DNA of 64,000 nt, from positions 52,097 to 116,096 of the forward strand of contig CANDAE010000010.1 of assembly GCA_947382645.1 (NCBI GenBank), read 5' to 3'. The notes below the pieces were generated by a model. The model saw only the letters and a list, made by a program, of their open reading frames with translations. It did not search any database and was not told where the DNA came from. Both the position numbers and the translations under genes were made by a program. This DNA comes from an uncultured Lachnospiraceae bacterium. Lineage in GTDB: Bacteria > Bacillota > Clostridia > Lachnospirales > Lachnospiraceae. Positions within the stretch are counted from its first letter, which is position 1, and the number at the start of each line of letters is the position of its first letter. This document shows positions 8,918-18,996 of the stretch, piece by piece.

Positions 8918-10430
8918 CTTTTTTCACTCCCAACGCACGTTTTATAATATTTTGTTCCGTAATTGCTTCTCCTTCCAGTTCTCCATCAATTGCCCCGTCT
9001 CTTATGACAAGAACCCGGTCACTCATTGAAATCAGTTCCGGCATGTCAGAGCTTATCATAATAATGCATTTTCCCTGTTTTGTAAGCTTTGACATCTGTT
9101 TATAAAACTCCGCTTTTGCATTGATGTCAATTCCCCGTGTCGGCTCATCAAAAATATATATTTCCTGCTCAATAAAAAGCCATTTTGCCAAAACTACTTT
9201 TTGCTGATTTCCACCGGATAAATATACTGCTTCCGTCCAAACAGAGGGGGTTTTAATACACAAATCAGTCACCAGCTTTTCTACATAAGGCGGAAACTTC
9301 TTTATTTGTATAAAAAATCCCTTTATTTTCTCTCTCAATCCAATGACCGTAATATTCTCAAGTACGGAATTATGGAGCATCAAGCCCAGTTTCTGTCGGT
9401 CTTCTGTAATGTGGGCAAAGCCTGCCCTGATACTGTCCTGCGGATTTTTTATGGTTACCGCTTTGCCGTGTATTTTAATTTCTCCACCATATTTGCTGTC
9501 TGCTCCGGTCAGGGCCCGTACAATCTCCGTTCTTCCCGCACCGACCATTCCTGCAAATCCTACGATTTCACCTTTTCTTACCTGAAAACTGATCTTGGGG
9601 CTGTCCTTTGTTAACTGAAAATCTTTTACCTCCAAAAGCACTTCCCCAATGGATTGTTTTTCCTTTTGATAAAATGTTTCTACCGGCCGCCCCACCATGT
9701 CTGTGGTGATGGCCGCTATCTGAATATCGCGATTTTTGTTGTGATAAGTGTTGATGACTGCACCGTCTCGTATTACCGTTACTCTGTCTGCTATTTGTTG
9801 TATTTCATTCAGGAAATGGGAAATATATACGATACTGATTCCTTTTTCCGATATAGTCTTCGTTAATTTTAATACTTTTGCCGCATCTTCCACATTAAAC
9901 ATGGAGGTTGGCTCATCCATAATCAGAACCTTTGGCTCTACCGACAGGGCCTTTAATATTTTTACATACTGTTGATCGGAAACAGAAAGATTTTCTATCC
10001 TGGTCAACGGATTAATTTGTATGTTCAGTTCTTCTATCTGCCTTTGTGTTTCTTTCAACATTTCTTTAAATTTCACAAATCCAAAACGATTTGCCTTTTC
10101 ATTTCCAACATAAATATTTTCTACTACATTCATACCTGGAACCAAATCGTTTTCCTGGTAAACAATGTTAATTCCCAATTCTTTTGATAAGTTGGGAGTC
10201 AATGTCTCATAGGATTTTCCTTCTACCTCTATGCTTCCCGACGTAGGCCGATATGCTCCGCTTAAAACTTTCATAAGCGTAGACTTTCCCGCACCATTTT
10301 CACCTACCAGGCAGTGTATCTCTCCCTTATACAAATCAAAAGTAATACCGGACAATGCATATACGCCTGAAAACTCCTTCTTAATTTCATTCATTTTTAA
10401 AATAGGTTTGCTGTTGTAATCAATATCCAC
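8907..10430 (-). CDS. Monosaccharide ABC transporter ATP-binding protein (RbsA/MglA-like, two NBDs)
   Basis: Motifs GENGAGKST, LSGGNQQKV and DEPTRGID. GTG start after GGAGG. Confidence 0.95.
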   Translation of the reverse strand: MDIDYNSKPILKMNEIKKEFSGVYALSGITFDLYKGEIHCLVGENGAGKSTLMKVLSGAYRPTSGSIEVEGKSYETLTPNLSKELGINIVYQENDLVPGMNVVENIYVGNEKANRFGFVKFKEMLKETQRQIEELNIQINPLTRIENLSVSDQQYVKILKALSVEPKVLIMDEPTSMFNVEDAAKVLKLTKTISEKGISIVYISHFLNEIQQIADRVTVIRDGAVINTYHNKNRDIQIAAITTDMVGRPVETFYQKEKQSIGEVLLEVKDFQLTKDSPKISFQVRKGEIVGFAGMVGAGRTEIVRALTGADSKYGGEIKIHGKAVTIKNPQDSIRAGFAHITEDRQKLGLMLHNSVLENITVIGLREKIKGFFIQIKKFPPYVEKLVTDLCIKTPSVWTEAVYLSGGNQQKVVLAKWLFIEQEIYIFDEPTRGIDINAKAEFYKQMSKLTKQGKCIIMISSDMPELISMSDRVLVIRDGAIDGELEGEAITEQNIIKRALGVKKDEK

Positions 10431-10558
10431 TATTCTGCCTCCAAAAAACCATCGCCCGAAAACAATGATTTTAAATATTTTGCGCTGTTACAATCTCCTA
10501 TATAGCAGAAACTGCCTCAAAGCCGACTGGCCCTGAGACAGCTTTACTCTGTAATGAT

Positions 10559-11611
10559 TTATTTTCCTGATACAAATTCATATGCTGCTTCATAATCATC
10601 CCAGGCAATAAACTCATCTAATTTATCAGCAGATACCGGAATAATCGGCAGTGAGATAAACTGTTCCGGTGTTTTTCCTTCCACCACTGCATCATATAAG
10701 TTCTGGAATGTCTGAACTCCCTGAATGGAAACAGGTGCTGTCATATTTGCTGCCTCAATGCCATCCTGCAGCATTTTGTAATCATCTGGAGATCCCCCTG
10801 TAGATACGATCGGAATATTTTCCATTCCTGCATCCTGCAGTGCCTGGTAGCATCCCTGCGCCATCATGCCATTGTTTGCAAAAACATAATCAAACTCTTC
10901 TCCTGACGCAATCAGATCAGTGGTCACATTATAAGCTTTATCTGTCAGCCAATCACCATGCAGAGTTGCCGCGATTTCCACTTTATCGCCAAATTCTTCT
11001 ATTGCACGGTCCACACCCTCCTGATATTTTTCATATACACCTGCCCCCTGCTGTCCTGCACAGAAAAATACTTTTGCACCAGGATGTACTTCTGAAATAT
11101 ACTTAATTGCTTCATATCCAATCTGATCATATTCGCAGGCAACACTGGCAATATAATCTCCCGGATCCGCAACGTCCATCTTAAAGTTCTCTACAGTGAC
11201 CGGAATTCCTGCTTCATTTGCCATCTTTACCAACTGTGCTCCCTGCTCTGTGGAAATCGGGAAAATAGAAATGCCATCAACGCCCTGCTGAATCAGAGAT
11301 TCCATTGCTGTCACAGAGTCTTCCAGACTGTTTTTAGAATCTAACACAACAGTTTCTACATTTACATCCGCCTGGGTTGCAGCATATTCAAATGCCTTTG
11401 CTGAATACTCATTCCAAATATCTGTCATATCATAAGCGATATACCCAAATGTATAACTGTCTTTCGCCTCTGCATCTGACTCCTGTGCTTCTGTTTCTGC
11501 TGCAGGCACCTCCTCTGTCACTGACGGCGCTTCCGGTTCACTTTTACCTCCACATGCCATCAACGAACATGCCATTACTGCACTGAGTAATACTGCTGTC
11601 ATCCTTTTCAT
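10559..11611 (-). CDS. Sugar ABC transporter substrate-binding lipoprotein
   Basis: Lipobox LMAC, an acidic E/A-rich linker and a periplasmic binding protein type 1 fold. Start at 11611 after GGAGG. Confidence 0.9.
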   Translation of the reverse strand: MKRMTAVLLSAVMACSLMACGGKSEPEAPSVTEEVPAAETEAQESDAEAKDSYTFGYIAYDMTDIWNEYSAKAFEYAATQADVNVETVVLDSKNSLEDSVTAMESLIQQGVDGISIFPISTEQGAQLVKMANEAGIPVTVENFKMDVADPGDYIASVACEYDQIGYEAIKYISEVHPGAKVFFCAGQQGAGVYEKYQEGVDRAIEEFGDKVEIAATLHGDWLTDKAYNVTTDLIASGEEFDYVFANNGMMAQGCYQALQDAGMENIPIVSTGGSPDDYKMLQDGIEAANMTAPVSIQGVQTFQNLYDAVVEGKTPEQFISLPIIPVSADKLDEFIAWDDYEAAYEFVSGK

Positions 11612-11673
11612 TTTTTGTCCTCCTGTAATTTTCTTTTCCTTTATCAAAAACACTATTGTGTCTTTTGAACTGC

Positions 11674-12486
11674 TTATACTGCAAAACCTTTTTCTTTTAA
11701 GTACTGATAAGAATCCAATACTGCCTGATTTACCTCATCAATATCCCTGGCTCCCTCTTTCGTAAACTCAATCTCTATGCTAAAAGGACAGTCATTATTA
11801 TCCCTTTCAAGATTTTCAAAAATTTTCTGGAAGTTTACCGTTCCCTTTCCAAGGGCCGGGAAATCCCATTCCTGTTGTCCGCCTCTTTTATCTTTCAAAT
11901 GCATATATGCAATCTCATTTTTACAGTTTTGCATGTCCTCTTCCGGTTTTACTCCGCCATAAAAAATTGCGTTTGCTGTATCATAATTGATTTGCACATG
12001 TTCAGAATCAATTAAATCGACTATTTCTTTCAAAATCTTTCCATTACAATGCTCTCCGTGAATTTCCAATACAAGCATCATCCCTGCATCTTCCAGCAGG
12101 GGAATGAGAGATCTGATGTTCTCTGCCAATATCTCATTACCTGTTACTTCTTTATCTTCCAGGTGTGCTTCTCCCACAGAGGAAACGATATACTTGCATC
12201 CAAAAAATCTTGCCAGTTCTATGTTTTCCATAAAATCCTGCAGTCTTTCTTTATCCATTAGATTACAATGCCCACTTAACGCAAAAGGTATGATAGAAAG
12301 CTCCTGCATTTTCTTCTTTAGGCCGACAAGATAAGCAAATGACTGTGTTGGAAAAACATGCTCAGTCCATCCCTTCGTTGCCGTCAGCTCAATATAGCGA
12401 AAGCCCGCTTTATATATTCCCTCCAATGCTTCTTCTATGGAATAACCATGATAGCAATTTGAATTAACGCCTATAATCCGTTTCAT
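11674..12486 (-). CDS. Sugar phosphate isomerase/epimerase (TIM barrel)
   Basis: Motifs LVLEIH, NYDTAN, MHLKDK and SIEIE. Confidence 0.85.
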   Translation of the reverse strand: MKRIIGVNSNCYHGYSIEEALEGIYKAGFRYIELTATKGWTEHVFPTQSFAYLVGLKKKMQELSIIPFALSGHCNLMDKERLQDFMENIELARFFGCKYIVSSVGEAHLEDKEVTGNEILAENIRSLIPLLEDAGMMLVLEIHGEHCNGKILKEIVDLIDSEHVQINYDTANAIFYGGVKPEEDMQNCKNEIAYMHLKDKRGGQQEWDFPALGKGTVNFQKIFENLERDNNDCPFSIEIEFTKEGARDIDEVNQAVLDSYQYLKEKGFAV

Positions 12487-12514
12487 GCCTGCATTTCCTC
12501 TCTGCCCAATTTGC

Positions 12515-13714
12515 TTAATATAGGAATAATTTATCTGTCATATCTTCTAAAAATTTATAATGCATATCCATATAATACTTTGCGGCTCCCTGTAAAAGAG
12601 CTTCTTCTTTCAGTCTGGTGAATCGAATATCAACCTTGGAAACAAATTGCTGGAAGCCTGTTGCCCTGACATTCTTTTGCAGTTCCTCCAAAAAAATATC
12701 TCCCAGTTTTCTGCCCATACCTCCGATTACAACACTTTCCGGATTAAACATGGCAATCAGATTGCTCAGTGCATAACCTAAATCAATTACCAGGGAATCT
12801 ATAATTCTCAGGGCGCCCTGATTTCCTTCCGCTGCCAGGTTCCCCACATCCTTAAAAAGAATTGGAGCATATTCCTGAAATATTTCTTCCGCATTGCACT
12901 CTTTTGCTATTTGGGGAAGTGCAAGTTCTCCAATACGATGTTCCAGACAGCCTCTGTTTCCGCAAACACATTTTTCACCATTCCTGTCCACTGAAAAATG
13001 TCCAAACTGGGTTCCCATACCAGTGGCTCCCTTGAGAATATTTCCTTCATAAACCAGTGCCGCACCAACACCTTCATTCATATTCAAATATACATAATTT
13101 CTTCCCTTCATATCTCCGAAGGCATTTTCCGCATAAGCAAGACATGCTGTATCATTAAATACGGACAAAGGGTACTCCTGTATCCTGGTTCTCAGTTCCT
13201 GAATCACCTTTTGTTTTTCATCCAGCGAAAGAACCATAGAAATAATTTCTTCCGCTTCACTGTCTATCATACCCGGAACTACCAGACAAATCCCCAGCAC
13301 CTTTTTATTTCCGCACCTTTGTTCAATACATTCCTTGACCTGTTTTTCAATTTGAGCGGCATAGTTTTCCCCTGTCTTAACTTCGGTTTCATTCACATGC
13401 TCTACTTCAAAAGAAGAAGTCACAATTGCTGTTTCTAAAATCCTTTTCCTCCAATTGATTACCAGAAAACAGTTTCCTTCGCTGTTTACTACCAGACTAT
13501 TAGGCTTTCTGCCCTGTCTGTTACTTTCCACACTGCCTTCGTCTGTAATATAGCCTTCCTGAATCAGTTCATCAACCAGAGCAGATACCGTCGTTTTACT
13601 CAAATTTGTAATATTGGCCAACTGGATTCTCGAAATACCCGGATCAGCATTAATTAGCATATAGATATTTTTCTTATTTATGGCTTTTATTGTTTGCTGA
13701 CTATATACTCCCAT
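12515..13714 (-). CDS. ROK family transcriptional repressor (XylR/NagC-like)
   Basis: N-terminal HTH ISRIQLANITNLSKTTVSALVDELI and C-terminal GTQFGH...CVCGNRGCLE. Confidence 0.93.
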   Translation of the reverse strand: MGVYSQQTIKAINKKNIYMLINADPGISRIQLANITNLSKTTVSALVDELIQEGYITDEGSVESNRQGRKPNSLVVNSEGNCFLVINWRKRILETAIVTSSFEVEHVNETEVKTGENYAAQIEKQVKECIEQRCGNKKVLGICLVVPGMIDSEAEEIISMVLSLDEKQKVIQELRTRIQEYPLSVFNDTACLAYAENAFGDMKGRNYVYLNMNEGVGAALVYEGNILKGATGMGTQFGHFSVDRNGEKCVCGNRGCLEHRIGELALPQIAKECNAEEIFQEYAPILFKDVGNLAAEGNQGALRIIDSLVIDLGYALSNLIAMFNPESVVIGGMGRKLGDIFLEELQKNVRATGFQQFVSKVDIRFTRLKEEALLQGAAKYYMDMHYKFLEDMTDKLFLY

Positions 13715-13797
13715 ATCTTGCCTCCAAACAGTCTGAAAAACCATTTTAAACATATAGCTTCCAGACTTTTTTCTCTTTTATTGTATACCCTCGTTAT

Positions 13798-13822
13798 TTA
13801 GTTTGTTCAGCGACCTTACTAA
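13798..13822. promoter_or_regulatory. Candidate ROK/XylR-type operator
   Basis: The 25-bp imperfect palindrome TTAGTTTGTTCAGCGACCTTACTAA upstream of the ROK gene resembles my recollection of the Bacillus xyl operator (TTAGTTTGTT...AACAAACTAA). Confidence 0.5.
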
Positions 13823-13892
13823 TTAATTAGAGACTAACATATTTGCATAATAAATGCAATATTTTTTTATATTTTTTTTTATTTTTGAAAGT

Positions 13893-13920
13893 AAAAAACA
13901 CCAGCCATTTCTGACTGATG
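13893..13920 (-). terminator. Intrinsic terminator after the 2-hydroxyacid dehydrogenase gene
   Basis: Minus strand reads catcagtca-GAAA-tggctggtg-tttttt. Confidence 0.7.
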
Positions 13921-13931
13921 CTTTACAGCTT

Positions 13932-14891
13932 TTATAAATTTACTATATTTCTATCCCTGCCATTTAAAAAGGCTTCGATATTTTTACAGGTCTCAAGCAC
14001 ACACCTTCTTCTTGCTTCCGTGCTTGCCCAGGCCAGATGAGGGGTGATGATCAGTTTGCTGCTGTCTTTTATTTTACTCAAGGGATTCGATTCCTTCATA
14101 GGCTCCGTACCTGTTACATCAAGGCCTGCTCCTGCAATATACCCTTCTGTCAAGGCGGTATAAAGATCTTCGTCATTTACCACGGGACCTCTTGCAACAT
14201 TCACTAAAACAGCAGTTTTTTTCATTTTTCTCAGTGCTTCCAAATGAATCAGATTTCTGGTTCTTTCACTTAACGGACAGTGAAGTGACAAAAAATCTGA
14301 TTCCTTAAGCAGGGTATCAAAATCAACTCTCTCATATTCCGTGCAGGTACTTTGCCCGGATGCGGAATAAAAAATAACCCTGCAGCCAAAAGCCCTGGCA
14401 ATTCCCGCCACTTTTCTTCCAATATTTCCCATGCCAACAATCCCCCAGTTCTTTCCGGAAAGCTCCGTAAAGGGAATATCAAAATTTGAAAAGCGGTCCT
14501 GCGACGCATATGCGCCGGATTTTACATATTCATCATAATGGCGGAGCTTTTCCAGTACATAAAAGCACAAGGCAAAGGTATGCTGTGCCACTGCATCTGT
14601 GGAATAATTCACCACATTGGCTACCTTAATTCCCCTGCTTTTGCAGTAAGCAAGGTCAACATTATCATAACCCGTTGCAAATTCACAAATCAATCTTACA
14701 TCAGGTGCATCTTTCAATGTCTCTTCATTTAAAGGCGCCTTGTTGGCAATGATAATTTCCGCGTCTTTTATTTTTTCCTTCACATCAGCTGCCGTCGTAT
14801 TTGGATAGGAGGTTACATCTCCAAATGCACTTATTTCATCTACAGATGTGTCAAGCCCCACACTGTTTCTTTCCAAAATGACTATTTTCAT
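13932..14891 (-). CDS. D-isomer specific 2-hydroxyacid dehydrogenase (glycerate dehydrogenase/HprA-like)
   Basis: Motifs ATGYDNVD, GIVGMGNIG, LHCPL, NVARG, GLDV and TPHLAW. Confidence 0.9.
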   Translation of the reverse strand: MKIVILERNSVGLDTSVDEISAFGDVTSYPNTTAADVKEKIKDAEIIIANKAPLNEETLKDAPDVRLICEFATGYDNVDLAYCKSRGIKVANVVNYSTDAVAQHTFALCFYVLEKLRHYDEYVKSGAYASQDRFSNFDIPFTELSGKNWGIVGMGNIGRKVAGIARAFGCRVIFYSASGQSTCTEYERVDFDTLLKESDFLSLHCPLSERTRNLIHLEALRKMKKTAVLVNVARGPVVNDEDLYTALTEGYIAGAGLDVTGTEPMKESNPLSKIKDSSKLIITPHLAWASTEARRRCVLETCKNIEAFLNGRDRNIVNL

Positions 14892-14970
14892 GTATCTGTC
14901 TCCCTGCCTTTTTATTTCCTTTCATTATATAAAAATAATTTTCATTTGAACAGATATTATATTCACAATT

Positions 14971-15783
14971 TTATAGAGAGGTTGCATCTACTGCCCATGC
15001 AAGGGCTTTATTAATGTGTCCGTTCCATATATACCACTCGTGGGTGCCCGGTGTTTCTTCATAGTAAAAAGATGCGTTTTCTTTTTTTAAAAATTTGTTA
15101 AGCGCCCTGCTGTGTTCCAGCACAAAGTCCTCTGTTCCGCAGGTCAGATAAATGTCAGGAATTTCTTCTTTGTCTTTTTTCAGCCTTTGATAAAGTATTT
15201 CCAGGTTTACCTCTGACTGCAGTAATTCTTTTGGCGAACCAAACATGGTGTTACAATAATCCTTCGTCATGCCATTCTCAAGAAAGAAATTTTTCTGTTC
15301 ATTGTAACCATAGCATACAATTCCAGGCGCCATAGATAAAATCTTACTGAATGTTTTATGGTTGCGCATTCCCAAATACAGGGCGCCAAAGCCTCCCATT
15401 GAAATTCCACCGATAAAGGTATCTTCTCTTTTGTCTGATACTGCCCGAAAGGTATCCCTTGTATAGTTTACGAATTCTTCCGCCACAAATTGTTCATAAT
15501 AAGCTTCTCGTTTTTTGCTGTCAAGGTAAAAAGAATTTTCACCTGCCGGCATAAATGCAGCTACATTATATTTAAGGCAAAAAGTTACAATCTGTGTGTA
15601 ATGAAGCCAGTCCGTGTGTCCTCCTGAATAACCTGACAGAAGATAAATTGTCTTCATTGGTCTTTTGTAACATTCGGAAATGCACTCGGGATGAACTGCC
15701 GCCCCATCTGTGGGTAAAATTCCTGTTGCAGGCACATAACGCCCTAATTTTTCAGAATAAAAATTAAATTCAAAAACTGCCAT
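14971..15783 (-). CDS. Alpha/beta-hydrolase esterase (acetylesterase/EstA-like)
   Basis: Nucleophile elbow GGISMGG, plus CGTEDF and GTHEW. Confidence 0.88.
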   Translation of the reverse strand: MAVFEFNFYSEKLGRYVPATGILPTDGAAVHPECISECYKRPMKTIYLLSGYSGGHTDWLHYTQIVTFCLKYNVAAFMPAGENSFYLDSKKREAYYEQFVAEEFVNYTRDTFRAVSDKREDTFIGGISMGGFGALYLGMRNHKTFSKILSMAPGIVCYGYNEQKNFFLENGMTKDYCNTMFGSPKELLQSEVNLEILYQRLKKDKEEIPDIYLTCGTEDFVLEHSRALNKFLKKENASFYYEETPGTHEWYIWNGHINKALAWAVDATSL

Positions 15784-15799
15784 TTATTATTTTCCTCCA

Positions 15800-15922
15800 T
15801 GCCGGAGCTGTTTTTGCGAAGGCCGCGAGCCAAATTTGAAATTTGGCTCTGCGATATCAAGTTTGTGGCTCCGGCACAAACTCGTGGTTTAAAAATCAGC
15901 ACATCAGTGTGATTTTTAAACC
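15800..15922. repeat. Three-hairpin dispersed repeat, copy 2 (123 bp), flanked by 10-bp direct repeats ttttcctcca
   Basis: Near-identical to 2865-2986. The 10-mer ttttcctcca occurs at 15790-15799 and 15923-15932. Confidence 0.9.
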
Positions 15923-15978
15923 TTTTCCTCCAATTCTTTTGTATAACTTCTATAAGCCAAACCCAGTCTGCCCTGATT

Positions 15979-16644
15979 TTAAAAACCACTCTCCTGCCAA
16001 TTGCCGTCTGCAGCAAGAGAAAAAATATCCGAAAACTTATGTATTGGATAATCTGTTTTCTCATAAGCTGCTGCATCACCAAGTCCGGCACAGGGAAATC
16101 CTCCTGCTATAGCCGCATCTATTCCAGATCTGGCATCCTCTACTACCAGACACTGCCCCGGTTTACATCCCAAATATTCTGCTGCCTTTAAGAATACTTC
16201 TGGCGCCGGCTTTGAGCGACTAATATTATTTCCGTCAGAAATTGCATCGAATATTTCCAGCAATCCAATTTTCTCTAAAATAAAACGCGCATTTTTGCTG
16301 GAAGAGCCGATTGCTATCCCTATGTTTCTTCTTTTCAGCTCATTTAATGTCTCTGCTACCTCCTCTGAAACATCTTTCGGTGACATTTGGCAAAGCAGAT
16401 TTCTGTAAATATTATTTTTCTTTTCTGAAAGCTTCTGTTTTTCTTCTTCTGTCATATTTCCCTGATATTGTTCCAAAATGATCTCAAGACTTTCCATCCT
16501 GCTTACGCCTCTTAATCTGTCATTAATGGCTTCATCAAAATATACTCCAATTTCATCAGCAATCTGCTTCCATGCCATATAATGATATTTGTCCGTATGG
16601 CAGATCACTCCGTCCAGATCAAAAATTATTCCTTTATACTGCAT
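15979..16644 (-). CDS. pgmB: Beta-phosphoglucomutase (HAD)
   Basis: Motifs FDLDGVI, LRGVSRMESL, SKPAPEVF and VVEDA. Directly follows a GH65 gene. Confidence 0.92.
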   Translation of the reverse strand: MQYKGIIFDLDGVICHTDKYHYMAWKQIADEIGVYFDEAINDRLRGVSRMESLEIILEQYQGNMTEEEKQKLSEKKNNIYRNLLCQMSPKDVSEEVAETLNELKRRNIGIAIGSSSKNARFILEKIGLLEIFDAISDGNNISRSKPAPEVFLKAAEYLGCKPGQCLVVEDARSGIDAAIAGGFPCAGLGDAAAYEKTDYPIHKFSDIFSLAADGNWQESGF

Positions 16645-16674
16645 ATCATTTTCATTCCTCTCTACCCATCTAAA

Positions 16675-18966
16675 TCATTCATCCTTCTGTGTTTTATACA
16701 GCCTGATTTCATCCTCCACCAGCACAGGTCTGCCATATAAATGAACTTCTACCGGCTTCCCTTCCAGTCTGTGAATCCGGCAGCCTTCTTTGTCAACCTT
16801 GACTTCCAGTCTCGTTCTCTGATACTGAAAGCGGAATTGATAGCTTTTCCACTTATCCGGTATGCGGGGAGATAAATATAATCCTGACTCTTTGATTCTC
16901 AAACCTGCAAATCCGTAAACAATGGCCATATAATTACCTGCCATATTTGCTGTGTGGATTCCGTCTTTTGTATTTTTGTGTGTGTTAAATAAATCCAGCT
17001 TCGCCGACTCTCCAAAGTAGTCATAAGCCTTCTCAACCATTCCAAGTTTTGCCGCCATAATGCTGAAAATACAGGTAGAAAGAGAAGAATCATGAGTTGT
17101 CACGCCCTCATAATATAAAAAGGAGCTGCGTATGGTGGAAAGCTTTTGATAATCCTCTAAAATAAAGTGTGCCAATACGGTATCCGCCTGTTTGCACACC
17201 TGTTTCCGGTAAAGCGCAAGGGGATGATAGTGGAGTAAAAGAGGATAATTTTCTTTCGGTGTATTGGCGAAATCCCATTTCTTTTTCTTTAAAAAGGAAT
17301 CATCCTGGGGATTAATGTCCAACTCCTCGTCATAGGGGAGGTACATGTTCTCTGCCGCCATCTTAAATTCATCTATTTCCTCCGGCTGGAAATTTATTTT
17401 TTTGCATAATGCTTTCCATTTTCCTTCCGCCATTAATAATTCTTTACACTTCACCGCCCATTCCAGATTGTATTTGGCAAGCAGATTTGTATAATAATTG
17501 TTGTTCACCATACAGGTGTACTCATCCGGTCCGGTTACATCCTGAATGTGAAACTGTCCATCCACATAATTTCCCACATCCGCCCAGAGACGGGCGGTTT
17601 CCAGCAAAATTTCTGCTCCCTGCCCGCATAAAAATTCCATATCATTTGTGGCTAAATAGTAGGACGCCACAGCATAGGCAATATCGCCGCTGATATGATA
17701 AGCCGCGGTGCCTGATGGAAAGTAGCCGGAACATTCCTCTCCGTTTATGGTTCTCCAGGGGTATAATGCTCCCTTTTTATGCCCCAGCTTTCTGGCATTC
17801 TCCCTTGCCTGATTCAATGTCCCGTACCGGAAGGAAAGCAATGCTTTTGCAAGTTCCGGCTGAGTAATGGTAAAGCAGGGGAGCGCATACATTTCCGTAT
17901 CCCAGAAAAAGTGACCTTCGTACCCTTCTCCGCTTAATCCTTTTGCCGCCATATTGCTGTAACGGTCTTTGCCTGCGGACTGTAAAAGTGCATACTGATT
18001 ATAGTGAACAGCACTGTTCAGCTCCTCGTCGCCTTCTATTTCCAGATTGCTTTTCTCCCAATAATCCGAAAGGTATTCTTCCTGTTCGCGGTAAAGTTCC
18101 TCCACCGGCTGCCGCATTACATTTCTTAAGCCTTTTTCCGTTTCTTCTTCCGGATTTCCACATCTGATGGAATCTGAAAACCAACTGTACTTATTAAATC
18201 GCAGAGTTTTTCCTTTTACTGATTTTCCCGTTATTTTATGTATTACTTTTTTGTCTTTTACAACTGTCTGCTTCTCAAAGCCAGCAGGAACCCCATGTCC
18301 TACTCCACTGCACAGGCTAAGTCCGGATCGGGACGTTTTCGCCAAAATCAGGGAAATATCATCCTGACAGCGGGGTGTGCCTGCAAACAAATACTGTGTT
18401 TTTTCTCCTGCCACCCTCGGATCTGACGGATCACAGAAATTTTCCACTTCTCCAATGTGTGAAGAAATAAGACATACTTCTCCCTCATAATTGTGGCAGG
18501 TCAACGTTATTTCCTGCAAAAAAAGAGGAAGTGTTACAAAAGATGTCATCCTGCAAAACTGTAATGAAATTTCTTTTCCTTCCGGTGAAACCCATGCTAT
18601 TTTCCGCAGAGTTACGCCTTTCTTTAAATCAACAGACCTTTTTACTTCTTTTACAGTTCCGTGAAACAGGGAAAACTGCTCGTCTCCCAGCCAGATTTCC
18701 ACACTTTGGGTATCTGCAACGTTAAGCATGGTCTGCTTTTTTTCAATCAGACCGCAAAGGGCTTCCGCCTGCTTCATATCCGTAATGTCGTAGAATCCAT
18801 TGATATATTGTCCTCTGATACTGGTATATTCTGCCGGGTATCCTTCCTCGTAAGCGCCTCTTACTCCAATGTAACCATTTGCATTGTGAAAAATAGTTTC
18901 ACCCAGCAAAAGCGCTTCCTGGCTTTTAGCATTTCCCTCTATCTCATAAAAAAACTGCTTTTCCAT
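16675..18966 (-). CDS. Glycoside hydrolase family 65 alpha-glucoside phosphorylase
   Basis: Motifs NGYIGVRG, AKGLSGEGYEGHFFWDTE, VTGPDEY, KQAD and HDSSLS. Confidence 0.95.
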   Translation of the reverse strand: MEKQFFYEIEGNAKSQEALLLGETIFHNANGYIGVRGAYEEGYPAEYTSIRGQYINGFYDITDMKQAEALCGLIEKKQTMLNVADTQSVEIWLGDEQFSLFHGTVKEVKRSVDLKKGVTLRKIAWVSPEGKEISLQFCRMTSFVTLPLFLQEITLTCHNYEGEVCLISSHIGEVENFCDPSDPRVAGEKTQYLFAGTPRCQDDISLILAKTSRSGLSLCSGVGHGVPAGFEKQTVVKDKKVIHKITGKSVKGKTLRFNKYSWFSDSIRCGNPEEETEKGLRNVMRQPVEELYREQEEYLSDYWEKSNLEIEGDEELNSAVHYNQYALLQSAGKDRYSNMAAKGLSGEGYEGHFFWDTEMYALPCFTITQPELAKALLSFRYGTLNQARENARKLGHKKGALYPWRTINGEECSGYFPSGTAAYHISGDIAYAVASYYLATNDMEFLCGQGAEILLETARLWADVGNYVDGQFHIQDVTGPDEYTCMVNNNYYTNLLAKYNLEWAVKCKELLMAEGKWKALCKKINFQPEEIDEFKMAAENMYLPYDEELDINPQDDSFLKKKKWDFANTPKENYPLLLHYHPLALYRKQVCKQADTVLAHFILEDYQKLSTIRSSFLYYEGVTTHDSSLSTCIFSIMAAKLGMVEKAYDYFGESAKLDLFNTHKNTKDGIHTANMAGNYMAIVYGFAGLRIKESGLYLSPRIPDKWKSYQFRFQYQRTRLEVKVDKEGCRIHRLEGKPVEVHLYGRPVLVEDEIRLYKTQKDE

Positions 18967-18996
18967 TTTTCCTAATTCCTTTCTTGTACCTGCACA

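Noticed and set aside
15744-16112. ORFs 15744..16091 (-) and 15843..16112 (+)
   Set aside because: They run through the repeat element and overlap pgmB or the esterase; no RBS or recognisable domain.
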